A DNA stretch of 63,821 bases, the filler included. It is 21 parts of 21 records of this genome, joined end to end, with 100 filler letters (N's around TTAATTAATTAA, not from the genome) between each part and the next. Parts side by side here need not be neighbours in the genome. Positions count along the whole stretch, not along the records: positions 33,853 to 35,914 come from SRR11831585_938; positions 36,015 to 38,793 come from SRR11831585_939; positions 38,894 to 41,092 come from SRR11831585_943; positions 41,193 to 45,428 come from SRR11831585_945; positions 45,529 to 48,714 come from SRR11831585_946; positions 48,815 to 50,882 come from SRR11831585_961; 15 more parts are not named here. One strand, written 5' to 3'. A program made the translations under genes and the position numbers. Shown in pieces: positions 33,853 to 49,283 of the stretch. How positions within the stretch are numbered: position 1 is the first letter of the stretch; the number at the start of each line of letters is the position of its first letter. Under the pieces are notes generated by a model. It saw only the letters and a program-made list of their open reading frames with translations, did not search any database and was not told the DNA's origin.

Positions 33853-35279
33853 ACGGAAAAAACTGGACCATGCTAAACCATCAACACAACCAACAACACC
33901 AACGCCAACAACAGCAACAGCAACCACTACGACAACAGCGAACAGCGATAGGAACATACCATGCATACTGTGTGTCTCCATTCGCATCCACATACACCAT
34001 CACGTCGGTCTGCTGAGCTGGTATGGTGGTTGGGTCCGTGTCTGCCCGATCGATTGCGCTACATACACACACAGACACACCAAAGATATCAATTGCACGT
34101 ACTTTAAACAACACAGCAGAGAAAAGTTCTTTGCTTGCACGACAGACGTATACACACGGAAGGAAGAGTGTTGCTCACATTACACACACAAACACAGACA
34201 CACACACATGCACACACACGCACATACACACTTCAGAACGGTTACTGATACAACTCCACCGATGCAAGCATCCACCTCCTAACATACCACTCTCGCATTG
34301 CTTTCCCACTACCACCATGCCGCTGCACATGCCTTGCGTTATACAGCAACCGGGCCTGCTTACTCATGCGCGCAAACTCACACCGATCATCACCATCATC
34401 ACCATCATCACCACCACCGACCACACTCCCAATATTGTTCTGTGTGGTGTACGGGCCCAGCGGGTGACTGGCGGTGTGCACAAAGACCGGGCTCCCACTC
34501 GCACAATAGCAGCAGCACGAGCCAAACACCGCGTAGTATACCCCGTTGCGCCTGAACATCGCAGGCGCCTCCACAAAGGACGCCCCAAAGAAACCGCTGT
34601 TCTGAGCGGCGCCCTCGGTCGAAAGATAGTCACTGGTCAGACGCTCGACCGACATGAGATGCGTCTGCGCAAAGCCCTGTATGTGTGCGGTGTAGATGAT
34701 GTAGGCGCTGGCGTCTTCGTCCTGAAACAGAGAGAAATCGCCTGTGTCTGCGTACGCGAGTGTGTTCACTGTCTGTGTGATCACACGGAACGGACCGTAT
34801 GCGCTGTGCGAGGTCGCCACGGCGTAGAAGCTCTTGCTAAAGTCTGCTCCCTGAATCCAGTTGAACCACAGCACAAACACACCATCACTGGCGCGGTAGA
34901 TCACCTTGGGGCAGAACAAGATGCCGGTGAGACCGCTCTGATCCGCGCTCATCTGAAACACTGGAGCGTGACTGGACCATGTAACCAGATCAGTGGATGT
35001 GAAGAGGGAGACGTTATGATCAAAGCGGAAGCCGCATGCACCCGCCGCAGCCCCAGCACATCCTGAATCGCCAGCAGGTTCGATGCAATCTCCGTAACTT
35101 GCGGCGTAGTAATAATAAACACCATCCAGAAGGAACGTGTTGCCGTCATGGGCATCCATAATAGCCCCGCTTACGTCCCGATGAGGTTTCACATTGGAGA
35201 TGGTCACATTTTTGGCGAGCACCAAAGCAACCACGCAAAGAACTCCCAAAGTCTGCAGACAACGACCTACTGCCGACAT
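33853..35279 (-). CDS. Secreted glycoside hydrolase family 43 (GH43_24-like), 3' truncated
   Basis: Signal peptide, MDAHDG, YYYY, S.DLVTW, PKVIY, GDFSLF.D.D..AY, EAPAMFRRNGVYY, PLGPY; later exon IPAQQTDV. Confidence 0.88.
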
Positions 35280-36014
35280 AATCAGGATTCGTGCCGGAGA
35301 ACGCTCGTCGAAATCTAGCAAGAAATGAATTCAGGCATGAGTCCCATGTCCTGTGTCTGACAGAGACCGGAGCAGCCTCTGCAACGCTGATGCAGCCTAG
35401 GGCACTTCTTCTCATAGCTTTAAAGACTCCTCCAGATGCAGCATAGAACCTGGCTCGCTGGTGGGTTCGATTCAGGGGGAACATTTGCGATAAGCCACGC
35501 CTACGCGTGCCGCACCTCGCACGCCATCATCCGTTGACAAGATACTTTTATTCTACTTTTTTGGCCCGCCCATAAACCCGCCCCCCATATCTCCTGACGT
35601 GAACTGTGGCTCTCTCTCTTCTCAGCGCACACACATACACCCTCTCACTTGAATCCAACCCGCACACACACACACGGCGCTTACCCCATCCAGAGAGAGA
35701 CAACAGCGTCCCGTGCGTGAAACAGAATATTGAGTGGGGGATTTGCGGTTCGTTTTCTGTGTGTTTTACTCGGCCATCTGCGACGAGAGGCCACGCTCGA
35801 TCTCACCCCATCCGATCAAACTGCACACATCACACAACAGATGGTGAGGAAAACGCGCGCACAACCCTTTCACACAATACACACACATCACACACGCACA
35901 CACACACACACACANNNNNNNNNNNNNNNNNNNNNNNNNNNNNNNNNNNNNNNNNNNNTTAATTAATTAANNNNNNNNNNNNNNNNNNNNNNNNNNNNNN
36001 NNNNNNNNNNNNNN

Positions 36015-38793
36015 CCCGTGTTCTGCATGATGCCCCGTATTTGCTCACACCGCATGCGTGGCCCTGCATACAGATGAAGGACCGTGCGGTTACGCCGCTC
36101 ACGTGCTTTCAGACCCTGGTCGCATGCACCCCGGCCGTGCAGTCCTATCTGCTTGGGCTCATCTCGGGTCTGTACGTACACGGAAACAAGTGCATTCGCT
36201 GCTGCGTGTGTCGTTTTCATTCTTGAGTTTGCAAGTGTTCTTGCCGATTACATCCTCCCGCAGCGTCTCGGGTGATGGGTGACGTCTGTGCATGCCTCTC
36301 TCTCTCCGTGTATGTGTATGTGTGTGTGCATGTGTTGTGGGGGGTGTTTGCTGAGTTGATTACACAGAACGGCGTCTGGAGTGACAATGTACGACGCGGC
36401 TGTGCGCGCCTCGTACGAAATGATGCGAGCAACAAGGGCCGCGCGTATGTAGCCTCGCATGTTGTGTCCATTTCTCTGTCTGTGCATGTTTGAGTGTTCT
36501 GGTTTGGTTCGTGCTACCTCCGCGGTGCCTTGACTTTGTGCGACTTTTTTTCTTCTCTTTTAATCGCAGTCAGCATCATTCTGACAACGTGTTTTGTACA
36601 GGTCTGTCCACAGGCTGTGTGGCCGTAGTGGTGTTTATCAGCGACGGTGTCTCCGTGGGAGGGTATGTGGCGGGGTCTCGGTGGTTCGCTCTGTCTGTGT
36701 GGTTCCTCCACGACTATTGTGCTGTAACTGTTAATTCTAACTGTTAACTGTATATATATATATAGCGTCCTGTGTGGTGTTCTTTGCCACCGCTCTCGAT
36801 GCATTGTCGTGCCATTCACTCCATTCACTCTATCTGTGTGATTTCCAACTGTGTGTGTGCGTGTGAGAATATGCTGATCCCCCTGTGTGTGGTGGGGTAG
36901 GTCCCCGTGGCACTACATCGAGGAGGCGGTCACCAATGAGCTGTGTCTGCGTGCGTGTCCCGACGCACCCAACCCTGCGGCCATCGTTGCGTATGTTTGA
37001 TGAAATTTCCGTGAAATCTTCACGTATATATGCCGCTGCTGTGACCGACGGGCGCCTGTTTCTTTGTTGGCAGTAACTGCATACATGTCACTCACGGTGC
37101 CCTTGTGTGTGTGACTGCAGCAACTACCCCGATCTGTCAGACATGAAGATCTTCACGGTGGGGGCGGGTGCATCCTCGCAAGTGAGCGGTGTGCTACGGA
37201 CGATCGCGTGTGTGACAGGGGGCCAGTTCCAGAGCGTCCCTAACACTATCAACCTGTACAACCGCTTGTCTATGTACGCGGGGCGGCATCGGTGTGAGTT
37301 TGTGAGTCTTATCTCATTGTGTCAGTGAGTGAGCGTGTTTGCGTGTGTTTCTGCGGAACTTTGGCATTTGTATGATCGTGCTCACATGCTGTCTCTGTGT
37401 GCGTCTTCGTGTCCGTGTGTCTCTCTGTTTCGTGTAGGCTCAACACATACCTCAAGCTTGACGCCGGGGAACAGGTGTACGTCACCTCACCTTATCTCGA
37501 TGCAGTCAGCACAGACGGGGATGGGATTCTGACTACGTTCGCCAAGGTGCGCTCTCATGCGTCTGGGCGGGCTGACTGTGATACTTATTTTGAGATCAAC
37601 TTTCGTATTTGAATATACCGCTGCCGTTCTTGTATGTTTTTCTTGGGGCTTTACGTTATACAACTTATTACTACTCCTCTCACGCATGTGATACTTCGAA
37701 TAGCCTGTTTACGACGATGCGACCCCGGGCACTCCTTTTTTGGGAGTCGTAGCCGTCGATATTCGAACTCTTTCTGTGGAACAACGGTTGCAGAACTTTG
37801 GCTATCACGGCGGTTACGTGTTTATGCTCAATTCGGCAGGTGAAGCCCTGGTTCACCCACGCATTAAAACGGCTGCAGAGTATGTGTGTGTACCCCTGAT
37901 ATTTGCCGTTCCTTTGTTTTTGGTCCTGCCCTGCTGGTTGGGCTGCACTTGCGATATTGTTTTCTGGCTGGGCTGCACGTTCTGTTTCTCATGCTAGTGT
38001 GTGCGTGTGTATTGTGGGATGTGTGATGTGTGTGTGTGTGTATGTGCATGTGTTGTGTTTTGTGCGTGTGTGTGATTGTGTGTGCGTATTGCGTGCTTGC
38101 TGTGTTGCAGACTCATCGGCACCCCCGAGTTCTACGACGCCTCCTTGCTCGAGAGCTCGCTCCCTCAGTTTCTTGCGGTCAAACAGAACATGGTCAACGG
38201 CCGTATCGGGTCGGCGTCCTTCCCGTCCACGCGATTGGTCCCCCGGGTATGTGACATGTTGTGCCCAGTGCGATAAGGAGCACGGAGTATGTTGTATCAG
38301 CGCAATGTGTGTCTATTTGTAGGGTAGCGCTATGGTCTGTGTGTTACGGCGTCCGTCACCTGTTGAACAGTGATTCTTGAAGCGGTTCGCAGTCGGCGCG
38401 GATTCGTCGTGATGGATGAATGGCGCCTGGTGTTCCTGTTGTGTTCACTTTATCCGAAAAAGCTGACTGTATGTGTGTCCCTGTTTGTGTTTGTGTTGCT
38501 TTTGAGATGCTAGGGTGCGACATCCGAGGGTTTCGAAAGTCTGACAGCCATGACCACCTACGCATACGCCCCCAGTACGCTCCGTTCCCCCACTGGTGTC
38601 GAACACTCTCACGCTACACACGTGCCTCTACCGTGTCCACACACAGTCCGATACACACACACTTATTCTCGCGTGCCTACCAATTCACCTCAATGCTGCG
38701 GTGTTTGGTTGTGTCTGGACAGGGTTGTGACAATGTTGTTGTTGTTGTGTGTAGTCCCACAGGCGGGTAACTCGCTCTGCTTGGTGGTGTTTG
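36015..38793 (+). CDS. VWA + Cache domain protein, calcium-channel alpha2delta / CACHD1-like, internal fragment
   Basis: VVVFISDG, KIFTVG, LRTIAC.TGG.F (VWA end), then TSPYLDA..G...TFAKPVY..FLGVVAVD and GYVFMLNSAGEALVHP (Cache). Confidence 0.85.
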
Positions 38794-38893
38794 NNNNNNN
38801 NNNNNNNNNNNNNNNNNNNNNNNNNNNNNNNNNNNNNTTAATTAATTAANNNNNNNNNNNNNNNNNNNNNNNNNNNNNNNNNNNNNNNNNNNN

Positions 38894-39929
38894 GATTTCA
38901 ATGTTGCGTAGACGTGTAAAATGCTCCGAAAAACTCTTGACACCGAGGGGATCTGGCGGCGTCAGTTTTTGAAGATGAACGCAGGAAGAGACATCCCACT
39001 GCGTGAAAGAGATATCACTTGGAAGAAGACATGCCGCAATGTCGCTTGCCGTGAAAGCTTTGTTGAATTTTCTTGTACGTTCTTGTTATGTACTTGCACG
39101 GTTGCGCTGTTCTTGTGGTCACTGCGGCGCTTCTTTGTTGGCGTTCTGGCACCTCTAACTCGAGTGCGTCTCAGCGTTCCGCAAGTATGCTGTGCGGTAC
39201 GGTGCGCGTGCGGACCCGTTGCGTCGTCTCTCTGCGCCCACTCAGCGTGAGTTTGCCCTGGTGCTCGGCGTCGGTCAGGGTCTGCCCGGGGAGCGTGTGC
39301 GTGACCGTGTGAAATACTGTGCGGAGATGTGTGAGAACGTGCTGACTCGAGCTGGCCACGATCTCAAAGTGTATGCACCGCAGAATATCGCGCGACTGCA
39401 GTCGCTCGTGTGTGCGGTTTCTGAGCAGGATCCGTCGAATCCGATCGATTCAGGCACTCTTTTGTTGGATTTCTTTGCAGGGAAGTCGCTCCCCAGCTTT
39501 GGTGGCCCCGCGTCTCACGGGACCCGAGCCAGCGTGTTTGCGAGCTGTCTCCACCCAGCGTCCGAGCACATGTCCAAGGCCAGCTCGGTTGCGTCATGGA
39601 CGATTGATATGGGCGATGCTGGGACAGACGCAGCAGCCGCACCATCGAAGAAAGTGAGTGAACGCCCCAAGCCGCTGCAACGCAAACTCACACCGGTCAT
39701 GCATCCCTCGCTTACTGTGTCTCCTGCTCCGCGTCAGGGTGCCGATGTTGTTAGTATGAAGAAGAAGACGAAAGATGTGCGTGTGCGACCCGCTTCGGCT
39801 GCGAAACCCAGTGTTCCTGTGGTACCGGCGAAGGGTTCGTTGACTGCGCGTGCGGGCGGAACAACAGCAGTGCGTGTGTCGCGAGGAGCGTCTGACGAAG
39901 GCAGACCGTCGACAGTGGATGGGGTGTGA
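38894..39929 (+). CDS. Probable F-box protein, 3' part
   Basis: TCKMLRKTLDTEGIWRRQF...TWKK (end of F-box) followed by a long terminal exon. Confidence 0.55.
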
Positions 39930-40118
39930 TGTAGAATTGAGAGCCGAGGCAGCTGCGATGAGTGTTGAATGCAATACAGTGCACTGTTCGTAATACTTGC
40001 TCTTGTCTGCGAAGCACCCCGTCTGCTGTGACGTAAAGCAATCCTTTGGGGCCAGATCTCGCCTTACGCACCAATGTCATGAAATCGGACAGCTGACACA
40101 CACTCAGCACAAACGCCT

Positions 40119-41092
40119 CTATGGGCCGACGAAATGTTTTCGCACGTTGTGAGGGTCCCCGTGGAAGCAGTCGGCTGCGTTCATCATCCACCACGGCAGA
40201 GGCTCATGCGGTGCAGATTCGACCCCGGGGCACTGTTCGGTGCCTAATCTAGGGAAGAAATGGTACTGCAACCACAACGTCAGCCGCACACAGATACATA
40301 GAATAGCACAGAATTATCAGCCAAGCAGACACATCCGGTTCAGAATCGCACGTACACATGGCTCGCTGTGCAGTTCCTGCAAACAAGTGTTCTGAAACGT
40401 GACCACATAGGGACGCTTGCGAGCGATTCCGGCCGCCATGTACCTGCGACCGTTGAAATAAATCCCCAGGAGTTCTCACATTATTGTGAATCAAAAGTTG
40501 TCACATACCCGAACGTGCTGCCAGCGCTAAGGACCAACGTGTCACATTCCATGAGCAGAAATATGTCAATAAGCGCAGCTTGTTGTCCTTTGAGTGCGAA
40601 CCGCTCAATATCTGCGTCGTACGTAACAACCTAGAATCACATCGACATCCATGTGAGGAACAGCTCCACGTGTCTGCCGAGGTGGGAGCAGTCGCATGGA
40701 ATCGGACGCATTCGGGGCTGAAATAATACATAAAAACAGCACGAATAAATGATAAAGATCACCACACAATACCCTGCATGTCTCAGGTGAGACGCGAATC
40801 CTGCGACATAAATGGCCTGCATCATACGTCCTGCATGACATAGATGTACAACATACCAACGAACCAAAGGTAGCTTTCAGCTCGTCTTTCACCGCCTGAG
40901 AGTCCGAAGCCACAAAAAACAGAACCGAATCATTCTGGCGGACGCCGCTATTCAACAATGCTGCGCGCGCACAGTTGATAAATGTGTGAGCTCCCTGGGA
41001 GCCAAGCAGTTCGGTGCGAACGTGAATTCCCACAACGTGCGACACTTGCCGAAGCACAGTTTCGCGGAAGTGCAGCACCTGTTCACGTAGCT
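40119..41092 (-). CDS. Fucosyltransferase, GT37 (plant FUT1)-like, C-terminal half
   Basis: VVGIHVR (motif I), FFVASD (II), ALIDIFLLMECDTLVLSAGSTFG|YMAAG (III), KRPYVV...C.....SEPC|YH. Confidence 0.8.
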
Positions 41093-41192
41093 NNNNNNNN
41101 NNNNNNNNNNNNNNNNNNNNNNNNNNNNNNNNNNNNTTAATTAATTAANNNNNNNNNNNNNNNNNNNNNNNNNNNNNNNNNNNNNNNNNNNN

Positions 41193-43685
41193 GGGCGTCA
41201 GACAGCACAGCATCAACACCAAGACGCTCCTCGGGACACCACACTCAACCACACAGGCGCACGCCACGCTACAAACAAACAAAACACAGCCATGTACGTA
41301 CCTGTAACGAGTCCTCGGTTGCGTCGGCCGCGGCGAGTGCGGTGCGGAACGCCTCCTCCGCCTCCGCAAACAGGGACCGCCGCGAACGGCACACGCCAAT
41401 GTTGTTCCACAGCTCACGCGGGACGGCTTGCTCGTTGCGCTGCATGTACTTGGCCGCCGACTCGTACGCTGTGAAAGCCCGTCGGCAGGAGGATGGCACG
41501 AGCAACAACACGCAGAGACGTTCACGCACAACATACACGCATAAATATGGAGGTCGTCCGTACCTTTCAGCGCACCCACAACATCTGAGGTCTCGAGCAA
41601 TGTTCCGAGCTCCGCCCAGGCGTCGATGTCGGTGGGGTTGAGCTCGACGGCACGCTGGATGAGCGAGACCGCCTTCTCCTTCTTGCCGGCACGCCCGTAT
41701 AAGGAGCCAAGCATCTGCAACAGCAACGAACATTACGACACAGGCACACAAGGAGAACAATAAAGGCGATGATACTGCTGCGTGCAGATCACACATGAAT
41801 ACACACATTCAACAACAACAGCAGCAGCAGAGAGCACAGTAACGCACACCTTAAGTGACTCGAAGTTGTCCGGAGTGTGTTTCAGCACAGCTTCGAAACA
41901 AGCTATGGCGTTGTCCGTCGTCTCTGAGCATGTGGCAAACAAGTTACGCAAGCATACCCACCCACAATGCACATGCAAAGTACACATGACGGCAGGCACG
42001 CACAGACTACAGCGCATGAAAGCTACAGCATGGAGCCAGCAACAAACAGCACACCGAAACACGCGGCTCGTACGTTTCCAAATGTACATCTGCCCCAGGC
42101 CGAACTGGGCCAGCGTGTACTCGGGATTGAGCCGCACCGCCTGGAAGTAGTATGTGAACGCCTCCTCGTACATGCCCTGCGCAGTCACAGCAGTCAGCGG
42201 CGGGCTGCGGGCACGACGCACGACCGCGCACCTGGGCGTGGGCAGCACGGCCCACCTGGAACATGCTCTCGGCGCGGATCTTGTTGACCTCGGACAGCCG
42301 AAACGCGTTGGACGCGAGGCTCTTGACCTTGGCGTACTCGCCGCGGTAGAAGAAGTGGTTGGCCAGGTGGTTGAGCACCATGGCGTTGGTGGGGTCGATG
42401 TCGTACGCGCGCTTGAGCAGCCGCATCGCGCTCTGCACACCGGCCTCGTCCTCCTCCTGCAGCGTCAGCATCGCCAGGCCCACCAGCGCCTCCACGTTGT
42501 GCGGTTGCTACGCGGGTGCGAGGGTGTGTGAGGGGGTGCGCGCACGAGACATCGAAGGAGGCAGGAATGAAGGAACAAGAGCGCCACCGTGAGCACGCAA
42601 CACTGACATGCAACTACTGGTGCAGAGCGCATACCAAGGACAGGACACGCTCAAAGCAGGCACGAGCCCGTTTGGGCTGCTTCAGTTCGTAGTAACACAT
42701 GCCAAGACCGATGCGCACGGTGGGATCAATCGACGGATGCCGTTTCATCACTGTGATGTAGAGCCGCAGCGCCTCCTCGAAACGGCCCTTATGGAACTCG
42801 ACACACGCCTACGATGCACGCCATATGTCAGAGCGAGCATAGGGGCAATCACGGATGCGGGATATAAAATCAGTGTGGACTGGATGGGTACAGCAACATA
42901 CACAGCCAAGCTTCGCAGGAAGATTGTTCGGGTCTGCGTCGACCGCTGTGCGAAAATGCATGTCTGCGCGCTCCATATCTCCTTTCCGCAACATTAACAA
43001 GCCTGGATACAGCAAGCGGTGCGCGTCAGCCGCAAGCGATACTCACCACTTACACACAATCGCGAATGTAAAGGGCTATGGAAACCCACACCACATGGAG
43101 GGAGCGGGTACGGACCTTTCCCCACCCACGTGATAGCGGAGCGACTGTCGATCATGTCCGCCGCGTTGAACTTTTGTGTGGCCACATCGAACAACTCATT
43201 GCGTGTTTTGTCGCGAGTCTTTGCCGCTTGCTCGGTGTAATACGCCGCCATAGTCGAAAGAATAGCCACGCGCTCCTTCTTCATCGAGCGGTACTGCTCA
43301 TCAACCTCTGTCGCACACACGAAACAGATCAGGAACTGCGCTAAGTTACGCAGTCATGCGAACGCACCAGGAGACGTGGCCGCTTTCAAAACTTGTTCGA
43401 ATTGCGGAAGCATTCCTTTGTGGTAATAAACAAGCTACGGAGAGTCAACCGCAGTCGAATTACACAGCCACATACCGCCAACTGTAGGTACGAGTCAAGC
43501 GTCTTCACACCATCTTCCTTCATGATGTCCAACACTTCAGATGCTTGCTCCGGAATAGAGTCCAACTCGATAGTCTATAGCAACTTAAGAAACAATAACA
43601 GCTTTCACGAAAACGAGACCGTTCCATCACGCAACACGAGCGCGAACGCTGGTCCAATGCGATCGCTAATGTCCATCGGATCCAT
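41193..43685 (-). CDS. CTR9: PAF1 complex TPR subunit CTR9, 5' part
   Basis: NAMVLNHLANHFFYRGEY, IRAESMFQVGRAAHAQG.YEEAF.YY, FGLGQMYI, PDNFESLK|MLGSLY, PRELWNNIG. Confidence 0.95.
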
Positions 43686-44012
43686 GCTTGTTGACGTTGT
43701 TACGACCAGTAAATATCCATGCACTCACTGCTGGCTCGTCCTTCTCTCGCAGAGTGTGTTTTCGGCTTAAACTCACACCGTGCTTTTAGAGCGTCATTGT
43801 CAGACACGAAACAAACTGCAGAATAAAACCTGGAATTCGGTCAAGTTATTGACCTCCGCGAGAGGAATAGGCGTACCTGTGTGTGGTACCACTTCATACA
43901 TACAATACTATATTTGTGGATATTGTTGGCTCCAGTTGATAGCAAAGAGTGCTTCAGGACCAGTCGATCATAGGCATTCCAATTACACAACTTATTGAAA
44001 GGCACTATTACG

Positions 44013-44329
44013 ATGCTGCGGACGTGCGCTGCGAGGTTATTCGTAAGAGCCGGTGGTAAGTTCCGCGCATCGCTGGGTTTAGATAGGAGCAAGAATCGAG
44101 ATGGTCCTCTACATGATCTTCCAGACTGGAAGTATGCTGGTACAGTGCTCTGTTGACGGGTCTGTCAGTTTCTACGTACTTATAGCATATAGACGGCCGA
44201 CCGGCTCCCGAGACTGAAAAACAGCGGTTATGGAAACTAAAGAGAGCGACGGAGGCTGAACATCTGCAAAATTTGCTGAAGAAGGTGGGTGCAGTTACTG
44301 GCTCCGAGGGGAGTACACCGTCTTTATAG
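44013..44329 (+). CDS. MRPL52: Mitochondrial ribosomal protein mL52, 87 aa, 2 exons (not in ORF track)
   Basis: Exons 44013-44139 and 44193-44329: MLRTCAARLFVRAGGKFRASLGLDRSKNRDGPLHDLPDWKYA|DGRPAPETEKQRLWKLKRATEAEHLQNLLKKVGAVTGSEGSTPSL*. Carries the mL52 signature GPL-x-D/E-LPDW-x-YADGRPAP. Confidence 0.92.
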
Positions 44330-44589
44330 AGTTTATAATTATCAAATAGCTACGATTACTATTTAAGCGACATTCGCGTGTTAGTCCGCCGCACCCCTAC
44401 TCCGACCTCAACGCTGCGCATTCGTGTGCAACACGCCGCCCCACTACAAAAGACTCCGTGTCTGCAAATCGCCACTGACAAGCGTCAACTATCGTCGGGC
44501 CTCTAGCTACGACGGGCCTGTGCTCCGGCATACCGCACACGAGTGCCGAGATCGGACGTGTTCGTTCCCTCGTACGCGACCGTACTCGA

Positions 44590-45428
44590 TCAGTGCGCGG
44601 TGATCCGAAGAGTGACCAGCAGCGGGAAGTGGTCCGACGAAAAGACACCGTCCACGGGAACCTGCTCCATGACGCACACGTCCGCCACCTGCACCTGCGT
44701 GACGTTGTGCTGCACGGGCCGTGTGAAGATGAAGTCGATGCGCTTGCGAGGGTTGTCCATCGGAAACGTCATGCCGTCCTGCCGCAACAAAAAGATCAGC
44801 GGGTGCGGGGCCACAACGACTATGCCGACACAGAACCAGCACAGCGTTCCCTCATACACCGTGCACCACATTATCGAAAGCAAAACAACATTGTACCACG
44901 CACAAGCACCACATGCACACACCTCCCTGCACAGTTTCCGGAAGTCCTCCGAAACAGTGGACACCATATCGGCGCCCACCGCGGCATCCGCATACGCGCC
45001 CATCGCTGCCGAGCCGTACGCACTGGTCGCAAGCACCGATCTGCACAGCGCCCACAGACACACGCACACGGGGACGGTGAGCACACACCGCGCCCTGAGT
45101 GCACTGACACTGCACGTGCGTACCGTCCCTGCCCCGTCTCGTCGGGCTGCGGGCCGCTCCACACGTCCACAAACCCGTTCTCCAGCAGGTAGAAGATCTC
45201 GGAGGCGTTCGGGGTGGTGTTGAGGTCCCCAAGAAACACCTGCACGTCCGAACCCCCGTACAGCTCCGTGTGCGTGTCCATGAACGTGAGAATCTCCTGT
45301 ATAGGGACGCGAGTCAGCACACAACAGAGTAAGGAAGGCAGGTCGTACCCGGATATTCCTGCTGCGCGCCCGCGGCGACAGGGACATGTGCGTACCGTAA
45401 ACATGCACTCTGCGGTCCCCTGCACCAC
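44590..45428 (-). CDS. Endonuclease/exonuclease/phosphatase (EEP) family protein, 3' part
   Basis: FLGDLN, GFVDVW, GMTFP....RKRIDFIF, SDHFPL. Confidence 0.9.
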
Positions 45429-45528
45429 NNNNNNNNNNNNNNNNNNNNNNNNNNNNNNNNNNNNNNNNNNNNTTAATTAATTAANNNNNNNNNNNNNNNN
45501 NNNNNNNNNNNNNNNNNNNNNNNNNNNN

Positions 45529-48714
<3,186 letters not shown>

Positions 48715-48814
48715 NNNNNNNNNNNNNNNNNNNNNNNNNNNNNNNNNNNNNNNNNNNNTTAATTAATTAANNNNNNNNNNNNNNNNNNNNNNNNNNNNNN
48801 NNNNNNNNNNNNNN

Positions 48815-49194
48815 AAACGGGTGTTGATCTGTTCCTCGATATTCACGGTGATGAAGCCATTCCTTATAACTTCGTGGCTGGTGCAGAAGGTGTTCCAAGT
48901 TACAACGAGAAAATGGCTAACCTTGAAGCTCTGTTTAAGCAAGCGTTAACCTTTATCACACCAGAGTTTCAGGATGAATTTGGTTACGATAAAGATAAAC
49001 AGGGTAAAGCAAATCTGACCGTTGGTTCGAACTGGGTTGCTGAAGAATTTAAGTGTTTGTCTTACACCTTAGAGATGCCGTTCAAAGATCATAACTGCCA
49101 TCCTGATGAGCTTTATGGCTGGTCACCTGAGCGCAGTGTGGCCTTTGGTCAAGATGTACTGGCCGCTATTCCTGCGGTGATTGACCACCTGTAA
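48815..49194 (+). CDS. M14-family (cytosolic carboxypeptidase-type) peptidase, C-terminal part, Vibrio-like
   Basis: LFLDIHGDEAIPYNF and SYTLEMPFKD motifs. Confidence 0.88.
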
Positions 49195-49214
49195 GATACA
49201 AACCGTAATCGATA

Positions 49215-49244
49215 AAAGGCACGCCAGTTCTCTGACGTGCCTTT
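49215..49244. terminator. Hairpin between convergent genes, likely bidirectional terminator
   Basis: aaaggcacg-N12-cgtgccttt. Confidence 0.75.
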
Positions 49245-49283
49245 GTTGTATTTGGTGGAAATGTAGAAATTGGATTAAGCCAA

